In this document: piece by piece, positions 55,422 through 60,680 of the stretch | How positions within the stretch are numbered: position 1 is the stretch's first letter | How the letters are laid out: the number at the start of each line of letters is the position of its first letter | Assembly (NCBI GenBank): GCA_028864975.1 | Contig: JAGWLG010000020.1 | Coordinates: 1 to 60,680, forward strand | Direction: 5' to 3' | DNA length: 60,680 nt | From: Thermoplasmata archaeon | GTDB lineage: Archaea; Thermoplasmatota; Thermoplasmata; Lutacidiplasmatales; UBA184 | Notes under the pieces: generated by a model | The model's database searches: none | What the model saw: the letters and a program-made list of their open reading frames with translations, nothing else | Told to the model about the DNA's origin: nothing | Translations under genes and position numbers: made by a program

Positions 55422-56619
55422 GTTGGCTCTCCTCCTCGAACTCTTGTCCATCCGTGTACATTGTTGGACCTTGAACATCGCCCTTCGGCGGTCGGGGAGG
55501 AGAACCGTCGTGGACCTCGTCGTCCGAGCTGGCGGGGCCCCACTGGGGGGATTCCCGCTCCTGGCGTGGCGGGCTCTTGCGACCCACCTGGCGGTCCAGC
55601 AGGTCCTTCACCCGGTCGGTGAGCCCGACCCGCTGTCCCTCCTCGTCGATCAGGGCGAGGACCTCGCGGACCCGACGGATCTGCTGGTCGTTCCCCTCAA
55701 TCCACACGCGACCGTTCTGCCCGACCACGAGTCGGGCCCCGGTCTCCTGCTGGATCATTTGGATCATGCTGCCGGACTTCCCGATGACCCGGGGGACCTT
55801 GGTGGGGGACACCTCAGAAATGTACCCTCCCTCGAGCTTGCCCAGGCCCGGGCCGTTCATCGAGACCCCGATCCGTTGCGATTCGTCCGTCCCCTCCACC
55901 CGGACCAATACGGTCTCCCCGGGGCGAAGATACTCCCCGCACTCCCCGTACTCCATCTGCCAGGGGGTGCCGGTCATGTGGAGCGGGGTGAAGTGCGGGG
56001 CACGGATGTCGAGGAGCCAGTAGGTGGCGCCGACGGCTTGGATGACCCCGACCACGAGGTCGTCGCGCTGCGGAAGGTAGCGGCCCGTGAGCGGGATCAC
56101 CCGCATGAACGGAGGTCGAGGGGAGAGGAGCCCCATGAGGCTCGCGTACATCTTCCCGTCCTCCCGAGAGCGGTAGGTCCCGAAACCGGGCTTGAGCCCG
56201 GAAGCGGCGATCTCCTCTCCCGGCAGGACCAGGACGCGCTCGCCGCCGCCCCCGCCGCCACCCCGACCCCCCATCGGGCGTCGCTCGTGACCGGCCTTGG
56301 GGCCGAAGTACCGTCGCTCTCCCCCGCGGGGAGGGCCATCGCCACGTCCCCTGGGGCCACCGCCTCGGTCGCGGCCACGGTCCCGACCACGGTCTCGGTC
56401 GCGCCCGCCGCCACCGCCACGATCCTCTCCTCGCGGGGGGCCATCACTACGTCGTTCCCGGAACCGACCGCCACCTCGGCCGCGCCGGTCCTCCCAGCGT
56501 CCTCCCTCGCGTCCCCCGCGGTCCTGACCGCGGTCCCTGTCCCGGGAGCGACCATCGTTGTCGCGCTCGGAAGAGGGAGCGTCGTCCTCTCCCATCTCGA
56601 TCTTGAGCGGGGCGCCCAC
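55414..56619 (-). CDS. rrp4: Exosome RNA-binding subunit Rrp4 with long RG/RD-rich N-terminal extension
   Basis: VLPGE.I, IPL.G.Y.P...D.V.G (S1 domain), P.KVPRVIGKSGSMI and GQNGRVW (KH domain). The first ~125 aa are low complexity. Start could be GTG 56619 or ATG 56595. Confidence 0.93.
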   Translation of the reverse strand: MGAPLKIEMGEDDAPSSERDNDGRSRDRDRGQDRGGREGGRWEDRRGRGGGRFRERRSDGPPRGEDRGGGGGRDRDRGRDRGRDRGGGPRGRGDGPPRGGERRYFGPKAGHERRPMGGRGGGGGGGERVLVLPGEEIAASGLKPGFGTYRSREDGKMYASLMGLLSPRPPFMRVIPLTGRYLPQRDDLVVGVIQAVGATYWLLDIRAPHFTPLHMTGTPWQMEYGECGEYLRPGETVLVRVEGTDESQRIGVSMNGPGLGKLEGGYISEVSPTKVPRVIGKSGSMIQMIQQETGARLVVGQNGRVWIEGNDQQIRRVREVLALIDEEGQRVGLTDRVKDLLDRQVGRKSPPRQERESPQWGPASSDDEVHDGSPPRPPKGDVQGPTMYTDGQEFEEESQHG

Positions 56620-56629
56620 CCTCGGGGAC

Positions 56630-57352
56630 CTATTTAACCATCGCGCTCTCGATCTGCCCCTTAGCGCGCGCGTTGAGGCGTTCCAAGAATTCCGTCTGGA
56701 TGCCCCCGGGGATCTCGACGACGGCGCTCCAGCCCCCGTCCGAGAGCCACTCTTCGGTGACCAATCGGGCCGAGGCCTTGATCTCGCCGATGACCTTGGG
56801 ATAGTACTGCCCGGGGACCCGGAGCTTGAGCTTCACGTGCTCGAGGCGGATCGGTAGGAGCGGCCGCAGCCGGGCCAACACCTCCTCGACCTGCGCCTCG
56901 ACGGAGCGGAACGGGTCCACGTGGTACTTCGCCTCGTCCATCGCCGCCGCGATGCGCGCGGGAGGGTGCGGGGCGTTCGTCTGCGGGTTGATCGCGTTCC
57001 GCGAGATGTAGTCCACGATCTGCTTGCGTTTCGCTTCGACCATCGCTCGGCGCTGGTCCGTCGTGACCTGGACCTCGCCCTTGCGGATGATCTCCTTCGC
57101 GATCGCGTAGACGTCCGAGGTGTGGAACTGCTTCTCGAGGAACTCGCTCGAGATCTTGTCCCCCTTCTTCGCGTCCTTGTAGATCTGGTCCTGAGGGAGG
57201 TGCTCCCTTAGGTCCAGGTCCTTGCCGTCCTTCAGGGCCTGGACGGCGGCGGGGTCGACCAGGACCTCGAAGTGGTTCCCCCCGATCACGAGCCGGGCGA
57301 CGACCGCATCGGCCGCCTCTCGTCGCCGCTTCTCACGGCCCGGTTGCATCAT
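56630..57352 (-). CDS. Ribosome maturation factor SBDS/Sdo1
   Basis: VVARL...[43 protein letters not shown]. Confidence 0.96.
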   Translation of the reverse strand: MMQPGREKRRREAADAVVARLVIGGNHFEVLVDPAAVQALKDGKDLDLREHLPQDQIYKDAKKGDKISSEFLEKQFHTSDVYAIAKEIIRKGEVQVTTDQRRAMVEAKRKQIVDYISRNAINPQTNAPHPPARIAAAMDEAKYHVDPFRSVEAQVEEVLARLRPLLPIRLEHVKLKLRVPGQYYPKVIGEIKASARLVTEEWLSDGGWSAVVEIPGGIQTEFLERLNARAKGQIESAMVK

Positions 57353-57385
57353 GGGAGGTTGGGGGGGAGCCGACCTCCGTCCAGT

Positions 57386-58132
57386 TCAACCTTTCGACCC
57401 CTTCTCTTTCGGGGCCAGACGGGAGACGTACTTCTGGATCTGCTCGCTGTTCAGCCGAGTGAAGCCCTTGTCCTTCTGGATGGTGCACATCTCGACGGAG
57501 TTGAGGTTCGAGGGGTCCTCCATCGATTGCTGAAGTCCTTCGAGCGCCAGGAGCGCCGCGGCCTCGATGTCCATCCCGGTCTGGTATTTCTGTTCGAAGA
57601 GCTCCATCACCGGCGTGCGGTTCCCGCCGATCGAGGAGGCCTTGAAGGAGGTCAGGGAACCCGAGGGGTCGGTCTCGAAGAGGTGCACGCCCGTGTCGTC
57701 GTACCCACCGATGAGGAGGGCGGTCCCGAAGGGGCGGACCCCTCCATACTGCGTATACTGTTGCTTGTAGTCGCAGATCCGGCGCACCAGGACCTCGAGA
57801 GAGATGGGCTCGGCGTAGGTGACACGGTTGATCTGGGAGGCCAGGCGAGCGTAGTCGACGAGCACGCGCGCGTCGGCCACCAGACCTGCGGTCGCGGCTC
57901 CGATGTGTTCATCGATCTGGTGGATCTTCTCGACGCTGGAGGCCTCCGCCAGCTTCGGGTTGGGGATGCGTCGGTCGGCGACGAGCACGACCCCGTCCTT
58001 CGCGACGACCCCGGCCGTGGCCGTGCCGCGGCGGACCGACTCTCGAGCGTACTCGACCTGGAACAGTCGGCCGTCGGGGGAGAAGACGGTGATCGCGCGG
58101 TCGTAGGCCATCTGGCCCGGTTGCATCTCCAT
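57386..58132 (-). CDS. psmA: Proteasome subunit alpha
   Basis: YDRAITVFSPDGRLFQVEYARE, SGLVADAR-like GLVADAR, YTQYGGVRPFG.ALLIGG. Confidence 0.97.
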   Translation of the reverse strand: MEMQPGQMAYDRAITVFSPDGRLFQVEYARESVRRGTATAGVVAKDGVVLVADRRIPNPKLAEASSVEKIHQIDEHIGAATAGLVADARVLVDYARLASQINRVTYAEPISLEVLVRRICDYKQQYTQYGGVRPFGTALLIGGYDDTGVHLFETDPSGSLTSFKASSIGGNRTPVMELFEQKYQTGMDIEAAALLALEGLQQSMEDPSNLNSVEMCTIQKDKGFTRLNSEQIQKYVSRLAPKEKGSKG

Positions 58133-58170
58133 GAGGAAGCGCTCCTGCGGGGCGCGGCACCATCCCCCTG

Positions 58171-58177
58171 TTTATAA
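58171..58177 (-). promoter_or_regulatory. TATA box for the psmA-exosome superoperon
   Basis: TTATAAA on the minus strand ~40 nt upstream of psmA ATG, in otherwise GC-rich DNA. Confidence 0.65.
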
Positions 58178-58391
58178 GGACTTGTGGAAGCGCAGGCTCG
58201 TCACGTTCGCAAGGTCGTAGGCGAGCACTCTTGGCGGGCCGGACCGCGAGCGGCGGGTGAGGCCAAGCGGCGAGTGCGCGCCGGCCCCCACGAGAAGGCC
58301 CCCCTTGCTCCGCGGCCCGTCCCACTCCCGAGCCGCGGGGTTCTGTGGACACGTGCAAGCTTTTTTCCACCGCACCGGTCCGTACCCCGGC

Positions 58392-60503
58392 ATGGCGGGA
58401 AAGACCTCGGCGCTGCCCGCCCATCGGCTCTCGAAGGCGACCTCCGCGTATCTTCGGAGCGCGGCCGAACAGGGGATCGAGTGGTACCCGTGGGGGGAGG
58501 AGCCGTTCCGGGTGGCGAAGGCGACGGGCCGCCCGATCCTGCTCGACATCGGCGCGGCCTGGTGCCACTGGTGCCACGTGATGGACGAAGGGACCTACAG
58601 CGACGAAGAGGTTGCGCGTCTCGTCAATCTGCACTTCGTCGCCGTGAAGGTCGACCGCGACGAGAACCCGGAGGTCGACCGCCGCTACCAGAAGCAGGTC
58701 CAGGCGGTCTCGGGCGAGGGAGGCTGGCCGCTCACGGCCTTCCTGACCCCGCAGGGGGAGACCTTCCTGGGCGGCACCTACTTCCCGCCGACCGACGGCC
58801 ACGGGCGGCCGGGGTTCCGGAGCGTGTTGAACGAGGTCGCTCGGCTCTGGCGAGAGGAGCGGCCGCAGCTTCGCGAGCAGGCCGAAGCGGTGTCTCAGGG
58901 GCTCCGCTCGGGGGAGGAGCGCGCTTCACCGGCCGGAGTGGACCTCTCGTCCTTCGTCGAGCACACCGTCTCCAGCGCCTTGGAGCGGTACGACCCCGCA
59001 CATGGGGGCTTCGGAGGAGCCCCCAAGTTCCCTCACCCCACGGGGATCGAACTCCTGCTGGACTTCGCGGCCCGACGTTCGGACCCCCGGGCCTCGGAGG
59101 CCGCTCGGCTCACCCTCCTCCACATGGTCGATGGGGGACTGTACGACCAGCTCGGAGGAGGCTTCCATCGATACTCCGTCGACGACGCGTGGCACGTCCC
59201 CCACTTCGAGAAGATGGCGGTCGACAACGCCCATCTCTTGACGTGCTACGTCGCGGGATGGGAGGCCTTTCACGAGCCGCGCTTTCGCGAGGTGATCGAA
59301 GGGACCGTCGACTGGGTCCTCGGGACCCTCGGCCGCGATCCTCGGGGAGGGTTCGCCGCGAGCCAGGACGCCGACAACGCCCCGGGGGATGACGGCGGGT
59401 ACTTCACCTGGTCCTCCCGCGAGCTGCGAGGGCTGCTCTCTGCGGAGGAGTTCCGCGCCGCGCGTTGGACCTTCGGCCTCGACGGTGACGCGCGCATGCC
59501 GCACGAGCCTTCGCAGAACGTCCTGCAGCGGCTCTTCGGACCCACCGAGGTCGCGGAGCACCTCAAGTGCTCGCCCGAGCAGGCGCAGGCATGGACCCGG
59601 AGCGCCATCGCGAAGATGCGAACGGTGCGCTCGAGCCGACCTGAACCCCTCGTCGACCCCGCCCTCTACGCCTCGTTGAACGGTCTCCTCATCGGAGCCC
59701 TCGCGCTCGCCTCACGCGCGCTCGGAGACCCGCGTCCGCTCGAAGCGGCGCGCAAGGCCGCGGACCGGTTCCTTCGAGAGGCGTACGAACCGTCGCGGGG
59801 TGTCGCCCACCACCTAAGCGCCAGCGGAGCCGAGGGGTGGGGCCTGTTGGAGGACCAGAGCGAGTTCGCGCTCGGCCTCCTCCGGCTCGCGGAGGTCTCG
59901 GCGGATGGGAGGTACCTTGAGAGCGCCCGGTCGTTGCTGGACCTGGCGCTCCAGGAGTTCCGCCCGGAACCCGAAGGCTTGCTTCGTGACCTCTCCCCAC
60001 GACTCTACGACGGGCCGAAGGTGGGGGCATGGGAGGCGGCGAACTTCCCCCTCGAGGACGCCCCCCATCTCTCGGCGAACGCGGCGACCGCGCTCGCGCT
60101 CCTCCACCTCTCCGCCCTCCTCGGCGAACCGGGGGAGGACGCCCGTACCGCGTCCCTGCTCGGCGCCATGGCGACGAGGCTCCGACACGCGGGGCTCTTC
60201 GGCGCCGGAGCGGCCCTCGCCGCGGGGATCCATCTCCAGCCCGCCGTGCGCGTGGTGGTCGAAGGGACCGGAGGAGAGGCGGAAGAGCTCTGGAAGGCCG
60301 CGGTCGAAACCTACCATCCTCGAAAGGTCCTCTTCCGGGGGGCTCCACGGGCCCCCTTCGTCCTTCCAGAAGAGGCGGCGCAAGCGAGCGGATCGAACAC
60401 CAAGGCACGAGCCCTCCTCTGCCGAGGTACCTCCTGTCAGCCTCCGATGACGACCGGCGAGGAAGTACGGACGGCCCTGCGTGAGGAATCGCGGGGAAGC
60501 TAA
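58392..60503 (+). CDS. Thioredoxin-domain protein, YyaL/SPATA20 (DUF255) family
   Basis: S.YL, W..W.EE.F, WCHWCHVM, KVDR.E.P.VD..Y, GGWPLT.FLTP, GGF..APKFP, YD..GGGF.RYS.D..W.VPHFEKM..DN. Start set at ATG 58392. Confidence 0.93.
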   Translation: MAGKTSALPAHRLSKATSAYLRSAAEQGIEWYPWGEEPFRVAKATGRPILLDIGAAWCHWCHVMDEGTYSDEEVARLVNLHFVAVKVDRDENPEVDRRYQKQVQAVSGEGGWPLTAFLTPQGETFLGGTYFPPTDGHGRPGFRSVLNEVARLWREERPQLREQAEAVSQGLRSGEERASPAGVDLSSFVEHTVSSALERYDPAHGGFGGAPKFPHPTGIELLLDFAARRSDPRASEAARLTLLHMVDGGLYDQLGGGFHRYSVDDAWHVPHFEKMAVDNAHLLTCYVAGWEAFHEPRFREVIEGTVDWVLGTLGRDPRGGFAASQDADNAPGDDGGYFTWSSRELRGLLSAEEFRAARWTFGLDGDARMPHEPSQNVLQRLFGPTEVAEHLKCSPEQAQAWTRSAIAKMRTVRSSRPEPLVDPALYASLNGLLIGALALASRALGDPRPLEAARKAADRFLREAYEPSRGVAHHLSASGAEGWGLLEDQSEFALGLLRLAEVSADGRYLESARSLLDLALQEFRPEPEGLLRDLSPRLYDGPKVGAWEAANFPLEDAPHLSANAATALALLHLSALLGEPGEDARTASLLGAMATRLRHAGLFGAGAALAAGIHLQPAVRVVVEGTGGEAEELWKAAVETYHPRKVLFRGAPRAPFVLPEEAAQASGSNTKARALLCRGTSCQPPMTTGEEVRTALREESRGS

Positions 60504-60680
60504 CGGCAGCACCCCACGCGGTCGCGACCTTCAGGAGCCAAGACCCCTGGGAAGTCCTCCGCGAATTGAGTTGACCCCCTCGCGGGGCCTCGCGGAGGTC
60601 CGCCTGAGCTCGCTACCGCTCGCCTGGTCGCTCCGCTCCCGGACCCTCTCCTTGTTGGAAGGATGGGCGGACCCTTCCAT

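Noticed and set aside
56330-56560. Short direct repeats as a CRISPR array or VNTR
   Set aside because: They are imperfect codon-level repeats encoding RDRG/RGG in rrp4, with no spacer periodicity and no cas genes in the window.
58180-58390. GC-rich intergenic stems (CCGCGGC...GCCGCGG) as SRP or RNase P RNA
   Set aside because: No SRP helix-8 or RNase P conserved motifs were seen. Short stems are common at this GC content.
60504-60680. Possible C-terminus of a minus-strand gene at the right edge
   Set aside because: Open frames exist, but none has a recognisable motif and the segment is too short to call.

Overview
GC-rich archaeal chromosomal window, most likely from Thermoplasmatota. This assignment is inferred from the psmA-SBDS-rrp4-rrp41-rrp42-rpl37ae-rpoP superoperon, radB, two DUF835 proteins and many YVTN/Kelch/PKD surface proteins. 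Contents: (i) two STAND-like NTPase-TPR proteins, one with a DUF835 domain inserted inside its P-loop domain and one with both Walker motifs degenerate; (ii) a Suf Fe-S system split into two loci (fdx-U/sufD at 9-11 kb, sufC-sufS-sufB at 27-31 kb); (iii) divergent from sufC, an apparent operon of SufR-like regulator, cysteine synthase, JAMM/Mec protease and a [ubiquitin-like carrier + E1/MoeB + rhodanese] fusion, resembling a thiocarboxylate sulfur-relay cysteine pathway in polyprotein form; (iv) AddB-AddA-like helicase-nuclease genes converging on radB; (v) the exosome/proteasome superoperon, whose Rrp4 has a long RGG/RD-rich N-terminal extension; (vi) five large C-terminally anchored surface proteins (GH57, YVTN, Kelch-PKD, phosphoesterase, EXORDIUM/Phi-1-like); (vii) a nonsense-inactivated IS66-family element. 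No rRNA, tRNA or CRISPR array was seen. All family calls come from motif recognition by eye, not database searches. Many starts were moved downstream of the ORF-track starts.
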